Source: Octopus vulgaris | Taxonomy: Eukaryota | Assembly: GCA_951406725.2 (NCBI GenBank) | Contig: OX597826.1 | Location: 8,618,001 to 8,682,000, forward strand | DNA length: 64,000 nt | Direction: 5' to 3' | Part shown: piece after piece, positions 42,791 through 57,439 of the stretch | How positions within the stretch are numbered: the first letter of the stretch is position 1 | Layout of the letters: each line of letters opens with the position of its first letter | Translations under genes and position numbers: made by a program | The notes under the pieces: generated by a model | The model's input: the letters and a program-made list of their open reading frames with translations, nothing else | Told to the model about the DNA's origin: nothing | Databases searched by the model: none

Positions 42791-43001
42791 ACCTGATCGG
42801 AATGCTAGTCTGTAGCAGGGTTACTCGGGTTTACAGGTGGGTGGACTTCAGCAACGTGAAATGAAGGTGTTTGCTCGAGAACACCGAGTTGCCAGTCTAA
42901 CACTCGAAAGCACAATCTCCTGATTATGAGTCCAACATCACTAACCACTAAGCCAAGCACCTCCACACACACACACACACATAGACACACACACACAACA
43001 T

Positions 43002-43032
<31 letters not shown>

Positions 43033-43059
43033 CATAGAGGCGTTTGCTGTGCGGTAAGA

Positions 43060-43213
43060 CACGCACACACATAGAGGCGTTTGCTGTGCGGTAAGAATCT
43101 TGCTTCTCAACCACATGGTTGCATAGCACTTTGGGCGAGTGTTTTCTACAAAACCTCATGTCAACCAAAGCCTTGTGAATGGAATTAGTAAACGGAACCT
43201 GAAAGAAGGCCAT

Positions 43214-43307
<94 letters not shown>

Positions 43308-43395
43308 TAGGGAAAGAGATATAGATACATATATGCACATTTGTGTTTGTGTATATATATATATATGTACACATACACACACACATATATGTGTG

Positions 43396-43430
<35 letters not shown>

Positions 43431-43635
43431 GCACCTGTGTCCTTTGTAGCTCTGTTTTGTCCCCGGTGTGGGTATATTTATGTCCTCGTAACTAAGCGGT
43501 TTGCCAAAAGATTCCGATAGAATAATTACTAGCTTAAAAAATAAATCCTGGGGTCCATTTGTTCGACTAAAACCTTTCAAGGCTGTGCCCCAGCATGGCC
43601 GCTGTCCAATGACTGAAACAAGTGAAAGATAAAAG
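43060..43635 (+). mobile_element. CORE-type SINE with an expanded internal (TA)n and a duplicated head (43022-43097)
   Basis: Head, body and 3' end (ccagcatggccgc..aatgactgaaacaagt) match 56205-56615. Confidence 0.8.
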
Positions 43636-44278
43636 ATATACCTCAGAAACTTTAACTTAAAGAATCGCCGCTCAAGTCCTATACAGTATCAAGCTGAAGC
43701 TAAGCCGTAGGGTACTTTAAGGCTGGAAATTTTAATGCAGAATACGGAACCACAATTGGTCCAAACATTTTTTAATTCGTAGTTTCGGTGATCGAACTTA
43801 TCGAATATACATCGTCGAAACCGACGGAGGCCTCATTTGCTAAGAATCTGTGTAATAGCGTAAACTAGGGATAATATATCTGTTTCAATAATTGTGAATC
43901 TAATGCGTAGTTGCATGCACAATCAAGAATGCGCAGCAATATAAACGCTATAATTGGCAAAGATATGTGAACGAATGTCTATAGGGGATTTTGCGATACT
44001 CCTGCAGAGAGAAAACTTACTTTAAATGAATCAACGATGTAAGCGGCAGCATATATCGAAGGAATTGTCGATGTTTATGTATGAAGGATATAAGCGGCAA
44101 CATATACAAACGAAGAAATAGTCGATACGTACGTATCAATGTACGATTGGTCCGTAATTGAATGGTGTATGCATGTATGGATATGTGTATGCATATACAC
44201 ATACACATAAACACACACACACATGCACACACACCCGCACATATATACGCATGCATGTAGGTATATGTATTATATATG

Positions 44279-44352
<74 letters not shown>

Positions 44353-44368
44353 TATGCATATATATATA

Positions 44369-44402
<34 letters not shown>

Positions 44403-44722
44403 CGAACATACATAGTCCTCCACCTGTCTCTATACACTCCGTTGTGATTGTCCATTTGAAATTACACCGGTGGTGTACGCATGTACAAGTATATATTTTA
44501 CATGCCTGCAGTGTATGCGCGGTGTGTGTGGGGTGTGTGTGTGTGTGCACGTGAGCGTATGTGTGCACGCGCACGCGCGCTCGCTTTTGTGTGAAACCAT
44601 GTCTATACGCCGGTTTAAGAGCATTTCATTGTATGAGCATCGACTGTATCTGTTCAATGCGCTACGTTTACGTTGTATGACAACCTGCATCTAGACAGTC
44701 ATATATATATACATATACATAC

Positions 44723-44780
<58 letters not shown>

Positions 44781-44904
44781 TATATATATGTGTGTATATA
44801 TATATATATATATACGAACATACGTAGTCCTCTATATATATATATATGTGTGTGTATATATATATATATACATACATACATATATATACGAACATACATA
44901 GTCC

Positions 44905-44981
<77 letters not shown>

Positions 44982-45015
44982 GCACACACCCACACATACA
45001 TACATACCTATGGAC

Positions 45016-45047
<32 letters not shown>

Positions 45048-45599
45048 TAGTAAGTATACGTATATGTGTATATACGCATTTATTTATCTATGTACGTATA
45101 TGCATGCGTTGTGTATGAAAGCGTATGGTTTTCTAAACAGCTACAGGATTTCCATCAGTCAATGGCAGAGATAGCTTCCTCTAACTGTAATGCTGACTAG
45201 GTAGTGATTGGTTTTCATTTATTTCAGATTTGTTCAAATCTTTACTCAGTAATTGACACACAGTTGCGAGTAATTATTAGTTTCCTATGTGCCTGCAGGC
45301 GCTCATGTGAAAGTATTAATACCCAGCAATGGTAGTGGATTGTAAATTTTCATTACCGATACAGCCCGATGGAAGAAGGAAAAGGGGAAGAAGAAAAAAA
45401 ATCACCAACGATTTTTCTTTTCGTTCGTTCGGTGGTTCTTCGTTCGCTCGTTCGTTCGATCTTTCGTTTGAGGGTGGGTGGGGGTGAAAGGCCTTGCGAA
45501 AACTTTAAAGTTATTATCGTTTATTTTAGAGGAAAAAGAACAGTGGATTTTCATTAAAAAAAAAGAGAAAAAATGGAAGCTAGTCAGGGAAGTTGCGGA

Positions 45600-46060
45600 G
45601 GACGCGGAGGCAAGGAGGAGGAGGATGTGGAGGGGAAACAAGGAGAAGGAAAGAAGAGGAGAAATAGGAGGAGGACGAGGAGGAGGACGAGGAGGAGGAG
45701 GTGGAGGAGAAGGAAAAGAAGAAGAAGGAGAAGAAGGAGAAGAAGAAGAAGAAGAAGAAGAAGAAGAAGAAGAAGAAGAAGAAGGAGAAGGAGAAGAAGA
45801 AGATGAAGAAGAAGAAGGAGAAGAAGAAGAAGAAGAAGAAGGAAAAGAAGAAGGAAAAGGAAGAAAAGAAGAAGAAACTGTGGTGGTGGTCGTGGTGGTC
45901 GTGGTGGTCGTGGTGCCAGCGAAAATCATGATGATCAAGAGGACGATATTACGAAGAAGCGATGACAACGACAATGACGATGACGATGACGACGACGATC
46001 ATGATGATGAAAGCGAAGGAAATAATAGAAAAGGGGAAAAAGAGGAAACGGATCGAAAGT
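45600..46060. repeat. Purine-rich (GGA)/(GAA)/(GAT) low-complexity tract
   Basis: Read directly. Confidence 0.9.
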
Positions 46061-46224
46061 GGAATGACGGATAACTAAAAGCAAAACAAAAAAATGCGAA
46101 AAGGATAAAAGAGATTCTTGGAGAAGATAAGCATTGGTTAGAATAAGGAAGCAAATCAAAACAGAGCTATCAGCATCTAGACCCACGCATACACACACTC
46201 ATATATGAGCGTACACACACACAC

Positions 46225-46268
<44 letters not shown>

Positions 46269-46548
46269 TAATATACATCTTTGCACCCACACACGCACAT
46301 ACACACACACAAACACACATGTATATATATATATATATGTGTGTGTTAGTGAGTGTATCTACATATATATGTATATGTATATACACACATACAATACAAA
46401 ACATTTGGTATATGTGTGTGTGTGTGTGTGTACATTTACAACATGTATGTTCATGTTCATATGCAATATATATCTTTACATGTATGGACATGTATTTATA
46501 CATATATGTATACACACACACGCATATTTGTGTGTGTGTGTGTGTGTA

Positions 46549-46607
<59 letters not shown>

Positions 46608-47237
46608 TATACATATAGGCGTGTGTATATGTGTGTGTTTGTGTATGTTTTTGTGTGTGTACACATGCATACGCACTAGCGGTTAAACAAGGAGAAAAAC
46701 AGGAGGGAAATATAAAAGAGAGAGGTCATTGTCAGTAAGAGGAGACATGCTGTTTGTTGTTAAGTTTCCCCAGGTACCTAACGAAAGAACTTATTGTGAT
46801 GCTTCAGAAAATTTGGGCATTAGATGTAGGCATTCGGAATCCATACATGTGAATCCAGTGAGGCATAGATGCAATTTCTGGCCAGATAGGAAATTACGGA
46901 GGCTTCGAGTTTCACGATAAAAGGCATCATTAAAAGTAATTGGCTACGTTTTGCTTCTTGTAACACTAACAATATGCTGAGAAACGCCAGGTAAAAATAC
47001 AAGAAGAATAAAAGAAAGGATGCGTAGTATAGAAAGGGGGGGGGGGGCAAAGCAGATTATCGTTGTGATTAAGTCATGAATAAATGTCATATCGGCAAAA
47101 AGGGTAACTGAATGAAACCGCTGGTGACAGGCGAAGAAAGAAAAGTAAATTTGATCGACTCTGCACAATTGAAATATATAGGGTTGGTTTAATTTGTTTC
47201 CTCCAACATATATATACACACATACATAAATAATCAC

Positions 47238-47283
<46 letters not shown>

Positions 47284-47459
47284 ATTTATGTATGTAATCT
47301 GTTTCCCTGCAGTTTTCTTTAATGTAAGAATGTTTCTTTACCGAATTATCCATTACAGGAAAGTTTCAGATGTAGCTGAAGTTACTAATGATCGGATGAA
47401 AGTTATACTGGAAAAAACACCAATTTGCCCTCGTGTATGTCTATATATAGAGAGAGATC

Positions 47460-47514
<55 letters not shown>

Positions 47515-48526
47515 GCGAAGGGGATACATATACAACAATAATAAGCTATCCAAAAGTTGTAACGATCACCTTCAAAGTTCAATTCTAGGATTGAGAGTTA
47601 AGAATGCTATAAATTTTATTTGAAACTGAAATCGCATGGTTTGCAATAATTAGTTTCTCTCTTTACCGTTCTTCAGGCATTCGATGAAATACACGAAAGA
47701 AATTTTAATTTATATCCGAAATAAATTATATAACTCGCGTAAAGAAACTTCGAAAAGCTCGTGTGCAATATAAAACTATTTGATGTAGTTGAAACATGTA
47801 GAAGTTAGACGGTAATAATTTTTTCCCGTTTGAGTTTTCGCTCCACATAAACAACAATGGCGAATTAGTTACTCACGTTCACTAACCGAAATTTTCAATT
47901 CTTCGTTTTGGGGAGGGTGTGGAGAAGCCGTTTTCTTAGAGACCTGGCATGTGCAATCTTTTCCCAAAAGCGGGCCGCCTGAGACAAAGCTCATCATTAG
48001 GCGGGCCGCACTACAAAAAATATTTGAGGTAATATTTCGTTCGCGTGCTGTCCAGAAAGTCACACTCCCTGCAGTTTATTCGTGACTGGACTAGATTAAT
48101 GCATTATTTCTCAAATTTAACTTTCAAACTTCAAGAGATTTTTACATATTTTACCAAAACCTTTGTTCTGTAATGACAAAAAGATATAGCTTCAAAAGGA
48201 GCGTCCAAGGTAAACCATTTTAACGGCAGTCAATTATTTCCTTTGAGAGAAATAGCAGAAACCTTCATTAATCTGTTTATAAGGGTTTGTATGTTACAAT
48301 CTTTTTTTTCTTTGTTACTGGTTTCAGTCATTGGACCACGACCATGCTGGAGGAACGCCTTGAAGTCTTGAAGTATTGAGCAGAATAAATTCTCGCCCCC
48401 ATATATATTTTCACTCTAGTATTTTTTCTATCGGTCTCATTTTACCGTAACGCTTAAATTACGGAGACGTAAACAAACCAATGCCGTTATAAAGCGGTAT
48501 ACACTTCTACTGGTGCTTTTACTCGA

Positions 48527-49138
48527 AGGAGATATACACACCACAAAGAAATCATCAAGCTCAATAACGATCTGTTAAGCAACAACTACCCCAAAAGTAT
48601 AATATCCACTCCAATTATGAAGAAGAGAGAGGATGAGGTTCATAAATTGTCCACTGTCTGTCTACCCTATGTGAAAGGCCTCTCCGAAAAGATACAAAAG
48701 ATATGCGGCCCATATGACATCAGGACAATATTCAAGAGTAATACAACACTTCACAAATATTTCCTTCGAGTAAAACCACCAATAGAAGGGAATATGACCA
48801 AAGACTGCGTGTACTCCATTCCATGCAACTGTGGTAAGTTATACAAAGGCGAAACATGCCGCCCCCTCAGAATAAGGGTTGACGAACATCGCAAAGCTGT
48901 GACATGGGGAGATATTGATAAATCGAGCATCACTGATCATGTATGGAAAAATAGAGACCACCTGCCTCTGTAGGATGAAGTTAAAATAATAGACAGAGAA
49001 CACCACTGGAAAATAAGAAAACTAGAAGAAGCAGCGCATATGCTAGGACACAACAACCTCCTAAGCAGACCGAGTGCAGATATGAGCAGCATATGGGAAC
49101 CGGTATTAAGGGAGGATAGGGGAATATTAGATTTATAA
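48527..49138 (+). pseudogene. Penelope/Poseidon-type RT thumb plus GIY-YIG, 5'-truncated, one TGG>TAG stop at 48971
   Basis: NNYPK..CLPYVKGLSEKI..CVYSIPCNCGKLYKGETCRPLRIRVDEH..SSITDHVW..*DEVKIIDRE..RKLEEA..IWEPVL, ending TAA at 49136-49138. Confidence 0.92.
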
Positions 49139-49169
49139 GCGCTAAAATTCACTCCATAATTGCCCACGA

Positions 49170-49252
49170 ACATAGTGGTTAAGAGCGTAGTGGTTAAGAG
49201 CGCGAGCTACTAACTCCAAGATTCCGAGTTCGATTCCAAGCAGTAACCTGAA
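49170..49252 (+). promoter_or_regulatory. tRNA-derived Pol III A/B-box module inside the PLE 3' region
   Basis: gcgtagtggttaagagc (A box/D arm) and gagttcgattcc (B box), ~30 nt after the ORF stop. Confidence 0.75.
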
Positions 49253-49317
49253 CAATAATAATTATAATAATAACAATAATAATAACATAGAAAAAATGCC
49301 TTAGGAATGAGAACCCA

Positions 49318-49363
49318 ATACACTTGAAGAAGGCTGGAGGGTATATCAGCCGAAACATTGTTT
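49318..49363 (+). ncRNA. Degenerate hammerhead at the PLE 3' end
   Basis: cac-tTGAAGA-a-ggctg..cagcc-GAAA-CaTT-gt; intact version at 55299-55344. Confidence 0.65.
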
Positions 49364-49388
49364 TAACAACAAACAAGATGTAAATAAT

Positions 49389-49432
<44 letters not shown>

Positions 49433-50359
49433 GAGCAGCGATCTGGCAGAGTTGTTAGCATGCCGAGCAAAATACTTAGCGGCATTTCTTCCGTCCTTAC
49501 GCTCTGAGTTCAAATCCTGCCGAGGTCGATTTTGCCTTTCATCCTTTCGGAGTCGATGATAAAATAAGTACTAGTTGAACATTGGGTTTTGATGTAATTG
49601 ACTTACTCCCTCCCCCCGAAATTGCTGGCCTTGTGCCAAAATTTAAAATCATTATTATATTTCTCTCACTCTTTCTTCCTACTTCTGCCATAAATCAGAG
49701 GAACTATGGTGTAACCCACTAGGGTGTGGTAAAACTTTCAGACCCTAGTCTAGATTCCGAATCCTCTGTAACCCAGGATGGTTCAGTTCTCCACCCGTTA
49801 AAAGCCACCGTTTACGGAATGAGGATAACAACGTAGCTTTCGCGCCCGTGCAACCGCCTGTCTATCGCGTGGGGTGGGTGGATCTTCAGGTTGCCACACA
49901 CATTCTTAGTAGCTTAGAATAGGCTATTCTTTGTGGCTAATGGCGTGAGTCCTGATTGGAAGAAGAAGAAGAAGAAGAAGAAGAAGAAGAAGAAGAAGAA
50001 GAAGAAGAAGAAGAAGAAGAAGAAGAAGAAGAAGAAGAAGAAGAAGAAGAAGAAGAAGAAGAAGAAGAAGAAGAAGACAACAGTGACAAGCAAGAAAATA
50101 TCATTGAAACATATACAACCTTTAACGCCATCACCGCCAACGTATACTTAAATATAATAACATAGTGCGCACCGATCTTGCAAATGAAGAGAAAGCGGGT
50201 TCACAAACACATATAGAAAATAAGAGAATATTTGTCAGAAAGATAAACTAAAAATCCAAGCAAAAATCACTTTACCAAAAAATGGTAGAATGATTTATCA
50301 AACACACAGCAAAAATTTGGAGTAAGGAACGCAAAGGAGAACTATATTATTCAAATGTC

Positions 50360-50625
50360 TTGAACTTGAACGAAGCTTGGTGTCACATTGGAATCAGGGT
50401 ATCTGCCCAACGTCCTTATGTCACTAGTTAAATACGTGATTGCTATAGGCGGAGTCAGATTTTCCTTCGCGCCCATCCTCGGCGACTACGACATGTATGC
50501 AACTCCAAGCCGGCTGCGATTGGGCAGCGGAGTAAGTGCATTGTTTCGTAAAGGGTTGAATCTCGGAGTGTAGAGTTTCTCCTTCGACCCAGAAGGCAAG
50601 TCGGTGGTAATGGACGTAAGCAGTA
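50360..50625 (+). mobile_element. L1/Tx1-like APE endonuclease fragment
   Basis: GSGVSALFRKGLNLGV*SFSFDPEGKSVVMDV resembles GVA.LF.K.....D.EGR.VV.DV. Confidence 0.6.
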
Positions 50626-50654
50626 TCAATGTCTTACTGTCAGACTATATATAG

Positions 50655-51417
50655 TCATCTGCCTGTCGGCTCTACTCCTGCAACTCAACTTGATTTCGAG
50701 CCGGGTCGTCTGCTGCTGGAGAGGACCGATCAGGTAAAGGACCTGGGTATCTTGGTGGATTCCTCCTTTTCGCCTTCGGCCCAGTGCGTCCATGCTGCCA
50801 ACAAAGCACGCGGAATTCTGTTCTTGATTCGACGGTCATTCGGAATGCTCACGGCAGCCATATTCCTACCACTCTATGTCACGCTGGTGAGACCCATATT
50901 GGAGTATGGGATTCAAGCCTCTTCTCCTTATCTCCTCAAAGACATACAGCATCTCGAAAGAGTCCAGAAGCTGGCTACCCGCATGGTTCATGGTCTCAAA
51001 AATTTGTCCTACGAAGAAAGGCTGAGGACGCTCGACCTTTATTCTCTTGAAAAACGCCGCCGCCGTGGTGATCTCATTCTCGCCCACAACATCATAAGCG
51101 GAAAGTGTAACCTCTCGAAAGAGCTGTTCTTCACTCCTGCTCCAGAGCGTCGGCTGCGGGGTCATTCCGAAAAGCTCTACCTGCGACGATTTCATCTTAA
51201 TCGAAGGAGAGGAGCTTTCTCCGTCCGGGTTGCGGATCCGTGGAACAAGCTGCCAGACGAGATGGTGAAGATGCCGACGACCGCTTTGTTCAAAGCCTCC
51301 CTGGACCTCAAGTGGCCTGAACTCTTTACATGAACACCACCCTGTACTTAACTCCATGTCCCCCTACATGGCCTTGCTATTTGCTTTTGAGCCAAATTAA
51401 CTAACTAACTAACTAAC
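50655..51417 (+). mobile_element. Young 5'-truncated CR1-clade LINE (open ORF2 C-terminus to 51333, (AACT)n tail)
   Basis: KDLGILVD..LYVTLVRPILEYG..LERVQKLATR..LSYEERL..L.LYSLEKRRRRGDLI..RGH..FSVRV..WNKLP; tail aactaactaactaac. Confidence 0.95.
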
Positions 51418-52241
51418 ATATATATGTAGTAAAACATTTAGACAAATACGTATAATTAGATTAATGTGCTTAAATATGGAACAGAGCACTGGTAAAGTTT
51501 AGGCTACCTATTGTCATCTGTAGTTGTGGTACACTTCCTTGGCATTTACTTCAGGAACTTCGCAGTGGCAGTTGTACTTAATAAAAGTATATAAATATAT
51601 ATATATATATATTTATATTTATACACATACACGCACTTACATATATATATGTATGTTTATGTGTGAGTCTGTTCCTCTATGTGAGAATATAACCGCCATA
51701 CACGCACACACGCATATACATATATATGTGTAAGAGTGTGTATCTGTGTGCGTATGTTTGTATGCGTGAAATGTGTATGGAAATGCATGTGTATATACAT
51801 ACATATATATACACATATACATCTATGTATATATATATATATATACACATTCAAATAAATACGTGCACATGCACACAGATTTCAATATGTGTCTTTGTTT
51901 CTAAGTGTGGATATGTATATATATATATATATATAATAAACTACATTTTTGTGTTAATTAAGGTGAGTTTCTGCTCCAGTTGGCCGTTACCCTTGTGTAA
52001 TGAAACGTGTACGGTAAACACGGAGTACAAACACATATAGACCTTGTACGTGAATTCATCTCTGCCTGAGTAGAGAGTAAAATGCAATGGCGAATGAAGG
52101 AGGCGACATCGGATATTTTTCAATATAATCAACGTCACTACACGGAGCTATAGAGGTAGGTAGGTATACAGACAGACTGACCGACAGACAGAGAGAGAGA
52201 AACAGCTACACGGAAAGACATGCATAGATACAAATATATGG

Positions 52242-52341
<100 letters not shown>

Positions 52342-52350
52342 TATATATAT

Positions 52351-52407
<57 letters not shown>

Positions 52408-52524
52408 TTAATTAACGTTATGTAGAAGTAAAATTTTAAATATATATATATAGATATAGATAGATAGATAGATAGATATACATACATACATACATATATA
52501 CATATATAGTTACACAGATACATG

Positions 52525-52555
<31 letters not shown>

Positions 52556-52606
52556 GCATGTATGTATGTACGTATATATATATGTGTGTGTGTGTACGTA
52601 TGTGTG

Positions 52607-52639
<33 letters not shown>

Positions 52640-52834
52640 ATCTATGTATCTATGTATGCAGGCATCTGCGTAACTATATATGCATGTATGTATGTATGTA
52701 TGTACGTATGTACGCACGTATGTATGTACGTATGCATCCATGTATATATGTATGTATCTATGTGTGTATATATTAAACTTGCGATGTAGGTGAGAGAGAG
52801 AGAGAAAAAAATACACGATAAGAGAGTGCATTTT

Positions 52835-52876
<42 letters not shown>

Positions 52877-53223
52877 CGTTTTGAGTGTGAATGTATGTAT
52901 ATATATATATGCAAGTATCTGCCAATGTAATTGACAAGACAGTGTAATGTATAATCGTGCCATAAAGACAGCATCAACACCGCATCACCCCAGGTACAAT
53001 CCGTGACTGTCTTCCGTTCATATGAGCATTCAACCATGCAAACCAGCAGTGGAACCAGAACTTCACTATATAAATAAATGTATACATGTATGTCTGTATG
53101 CATGTGTACGTGTGTTTACATATATTTATATATATATATATCTACATATATACACACAAACACACACACATCCCATATATATATACACATATACGCATAT
53201 ATAAGAGAGAGAGACAGAGAGAG

Positions 53224-53298
<75 letters not shown>

Positions 53299-53411
53299 CA
53301 GGCAGATAGACAGGCAGATAGACAGGCAGATAGACAGTCGTATATGGGTAGATTATATGTGCGTATGTATGTGTGTGTATATATATATACATACATACGT
53401 ACATACATACA

Positions 53412-53446
<35 letters not shown>

Positions 53447-53785
53447 TTATATATATATATATATTTAGAGTGCGTGCGCTGGTATGTCTGTGCGTGTTTG
53501 TGCGTGTGTGCGTTTATGTGTGTTAATTGTTTCCGTTACTTTTTAAACTTCTTCATTATTATGAAAGTCCTGTTAATGGCTGTTTCTCTTTTCCGTTTTT
53601 TTTCTCTCCTCGTTTGCTTCTCGTGTGTTTTGTGACATTGGCTCTTGTTGTTACTGTTCGCTTTGCCTTTGTTGTCTTCATTTTCTTTGACTCTATTTAA
53701 AGCTAATAAATGCCACTTGCAATTTCTATTCATGCCCTCAGTCTCTTTGCCAATTCAGCACACTTTGATATTACACATACATATG

Positions 53786-53848
<63 letters not shown>

Positions 53849-55045
53849 CTCAATTGTTTTAGAACGGATATAGGAACATAGGAGGTTCAGTTTAGCGTTT
53901 GATAATTTAAGTGTTGTTAAAACAAGTCCAAGCCCTATATGTGGCTGAGTTCATTCCACCTGATTATCTGATGAATATTAGTTCGGGTTAATTGATCCAA
54001 ACGATAAATGCTTTGGTTCATAGGCAACCACTGTAAGGCAATCACTCTCCTCACACGAACACTCACGATCTTGGCGTTTATATATGTGTTTAAAGGTATA
54101 CGTGTTTGCATATGCATGCATAAAATATATAATATAATATAATATAATATAATATAATATAATGTAATGTAATGTAATATATAGATCGATAAAGTGTTGT
54201 GTCATATTGGTGTCAGATGTAATTAAGCGGAGAAAAATGCACCATACTGATATAAAGAAAGGAATGGTAATTATTAGATTTCTTCAAAGTTGAGCCAGTG
54301 TGAGTCGCTCCTTGGATTTCTTTAAATGATTATGAAGCTGAGAGCTGCATCTCGAACACGCACACTATACATACCTATTTCTTTACTACCCACAAGGGGC
54401 TAAACACAGAGGAGACAAACAAGGACAGACAGACGGATTAAGTCGATTATATCGACCCCAGTGAATAACTGGTACTTATTTAATCGACCCCGAGAGGATG
54501 AAAGGCAAAGTCGACCTCAGCGGAATTTGAACTCAGAACGTAACAGCAGACGAAATACGGCTACGCATTTTGCCCGGCGTGCTAACGTTTCTGCCAGCTC
54601 GCCATGCATACACACACACACACGCACACGCAAGCTCACATATACAAACAAACATGCATGTACATATTTATGACTATATACCTTATACATACGAACATGC
54701 ATTCACATACACACACACATATATGTACATATATATACTCATGTATAAGTTTGTACATATATATATATATGTATGTTTATATTGTGTATGTGTGTACATC
54801 ATACATATATACATACACACATATGCACACATTCACACACGCATAGTCATATACATATGTATACTTTTGTCAGATCGAACAGACCTATGATAAAATGGTC
54901 TGTTCCAGCCGTGTCTATCAAGTCTCTTCGTCTATCCAAGGTTAGATAGTCCAATATAATACAGTTCTATATTTAAGAGATGAGGAATTATGTACATTAT
55001 TTAATCATTTACATTCGACGGATATTTGTCCTCATCTTGTTTGTT

Positions 55046-55091
55046 AACACAACGTTTCGGCTGATATACCCGCCAGCGTTCTTCAGGTGTC
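55046..55091 (-). ncRNA. Minimal hammerhead ribozyme downstream of the tRNA module
   Basis: Reverse strand reads gacac-CTGAAGA-acgctg..cagcc-GAAA-CGTT-gtgtt. Confidence 0.72.
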
Positions 55092-55298
55092 TTGGGGAAA
55101 TCTCGAACCTGGGTTCTCATTCCTAAGGTATTTTTCGATGTTATAATTATTGTTGTTGTTGTTGTTGTTGTTCAGGTCACTGCTTGGAATCGAACTCGGA
55201 ATCTTGGGATTAGTAGCCCGCGCTCTTAACCACTACGCCATATGCAGAACATCGAAAAATATCTTTGGAATGAGAACCCAGGTTTGAATTTTCCCCAA

Positions 55299-55344
55299 GG
55301 CACCTGAAGAAGGCTGGAGAGTATATCAGCCGAAACGTTGTGTT
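55299..55344 (+). ncRNA. Minimal hammerhead ribozyme (AACGTT stem III, GUU site)
   Basis: ggcac-CTGAAGA-a-ggctg-gagagtatat-cagcc-GAAA-CGTT-gtgtt. Confidence 0.78.
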
Positions 55345-56084
55345 AACAACAAACAAGATGAGGACAAATATCAGTCGAACATAAATAATGTAAATAATGT
55401 TTAGTTCAGTATGTGTTGCTTATTTTTTAAAGATGATTGAATGATATTTGGCTGTTACTTTTAGAAGGTTGATCTTCTATATAAAGGAAGCCGTTGTTGA
55501 CTCACCAGTAATGCGTGTTGTCTCTGTCGGTCCGTTTGCATTTGGTAGAAATAGATTTTGAACTTAGAACGTTGTTCGAGCCCAATCTCAGTATATCCAA
55601 GGGTACTATTTAAGCCTTGTTCAAAATTGCATTTATTCATTTCATCACTCTAGTACTGCGATTATCATTTAAAAATTTTATACGAAGGTCAGTTAAATTG
55701 ACTAATTCTACTGCAATATAATAGGTGCAGTAAGGTGGCGAGCTGGCAGAATCATTAGAATGCCGGACAAAATGCTTAGTGGCATTTCGTCCGTCTTCAC
55801 CTTCTGAGTTCAAATTCCGGTGAGGTCGACATTGCTCTTCTTCCCTTTGGGGTCGATTAAATGCGCACCAATTTCACACTGGAGTCAAGGTACTAGATTT
55901 ACCCTCTCGCCAAAACTGCTGTCCTTCTGCCAAAGTATGAAACCAGTATAATAGTCAGAGTAATGCCAAATGTTTATGAAGTTCGACTCTTAGTCACGCG
56001 ATCCCGGTTTCGTTCCTATCTCGTAGGATCTTGAGCAAATATAATTTTCAGTAACTTCGAGTAAAACTGGGTAGACAGAAAGTA

Positions 56085-57439
56085 CTGTATTTACCGGCGT
56101 ATACCTCTCGCTTTTTTTTTTAATTTTGAAATGTATCAAAAACATTAACCTACATCTGATGCGGCTATATTATGGTTAGGATACCGTATGTTTTAGACTA
56201 GGGTCCTGGAGAGGCAGCGACTGTGTGGTAAGTAGCTTGCTTGCCAACAACGTGGTTCCGGGTTCAGTCCCACTGCGTGGCACCTTGGGCAAGTGTCTTC
56301 TACTATAGTCTCGGGCCGACCAAAGCCTTGTAAGTGGATTTGGTAGACAGAAACTGAAAGAAGCCTGTCGTATATATGTATATATATATATATATATGTA
56401 TATGTTTGGGTGACTGTGTTTGTTCCCCCAACATCGCTTGACAACCGATGCTGGTGTGTTTACGTCACTGTAACTTAGTGGTTCGGCAAAAGGGAATGAT
56501 AGAATAAGTACTAGGCTTACAAAGAATAAGTCCTGGGGTCGATTTGCTCGACTAAAAGGCGCTGCTCCAGCATGGCCGCAGTCAGATGACTGAAACAAGT
56601 AAAAGAATAAAAGAATTTTAAAAAGCCCAAATATCAGTCTGTTGGGAGTTATGTGGGACTAACTTGTTATAGAATTATATTTCTTTTCCTTTTGCTGAAG
56701 GGGTTTAATTTCTGATGATTTTATTAGCAATTAGATTTGACATTTTATTTCATTAAAGCGCTTGGAAATATTTTGATGCAAGTCTTGTGTCACTGCTGTG
56801 TACAGAAGACTTGGATTTTGTCTTCTTACTCTGAGAAACACGAAATTTATAGCTACCAGTATATCTTATTATCCACCTTTCCTCAGCGTATATAACTGAC
56901 ACATGTTATGTACCTTATGTAATTTAATGACTGCGTTACCTTTAATGAATTTTTTTTTTTCATCCAAAGGAAAATCCTCTAAGAAAGGTGAAAGGAATTT
57001 TAAACTTTCATCAAGCTATCTGCAGTAAGTTGATGATAACAAAATCATAGCCGAGGTGTGCAACGGTAATACACAACATCATAGCCGAAAATACGATTTT
57101 TGCATCCTGTATAGCAATTCTCGCGATCAAATTATTAATGCTGTACACTTGATCGGCGCGGAGATAAAATTGAAATACATCACTCGTCAAACGTCGTTTA
57201 TATATTACAACTTCATGGTTTCACACTTTATGCCAGTATAACGTCACAGTATCGTTTTTCACATGCACAGAATCACGCATTTTCCCCAGCAAAACCACTT
57301 TAAAATATTCTTCCATGGGTGTATGATGTAACACACTGGATTTGTTTCTTTCCACAAAACATTCCAGTAAACTAGAGGTGCGTCTAATGCAACAGTGCAT
57401 CTTACGCAAGAGTGCCTCTTACACGCCGGCAAATAACGG
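56085..57439. mobile_element. Old Tc2/pogo-like DNA transposon hosting a CORE SINE (56205-56615)
   Basis: TA-ctgtatttaccggcgtata ... tacacgccggcaaataacgg-TA, with three subterminal gtgc(g/a/c)tct(t/a)a repeats at 57377-57421. Confidence 0.5.

Larger units (their letters stand above)
54958..55401 (-). mobile_element. ORF-less tRNA+HHR fold-back element of the 48.5-49.4 kb PLE family
   Basis: Arms ~54994-55142 and 55248-55400; tRNA-like module 55245-55172 (-); TSD-like tagtccaatat (54947) / tagttcagtat (55402). Confidence 0.85.

Noticed and set aside
45478-46074. 198-aa acidic ORF
   Set aside because: Composed of GGA/GAA/GTG/GAT repeats; no domain or splice evidence.
49829-49894. HHR-like motif on - strand (CTGAAGA...GAAAGCTA)
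   Set aside because: Stem II does not pair and stem I is out of register by one base.
53960-54010. CTGATGA core
   Set aside because: No stem II followed by GAAA; a chance match.
55172-55245. Functional tRNA gene (also 49170 and the SINE heads)
   Set aside because: The acceptor and anticodon stems pair poorly and the sequences are embedded in repeats; tRNA-derived only.
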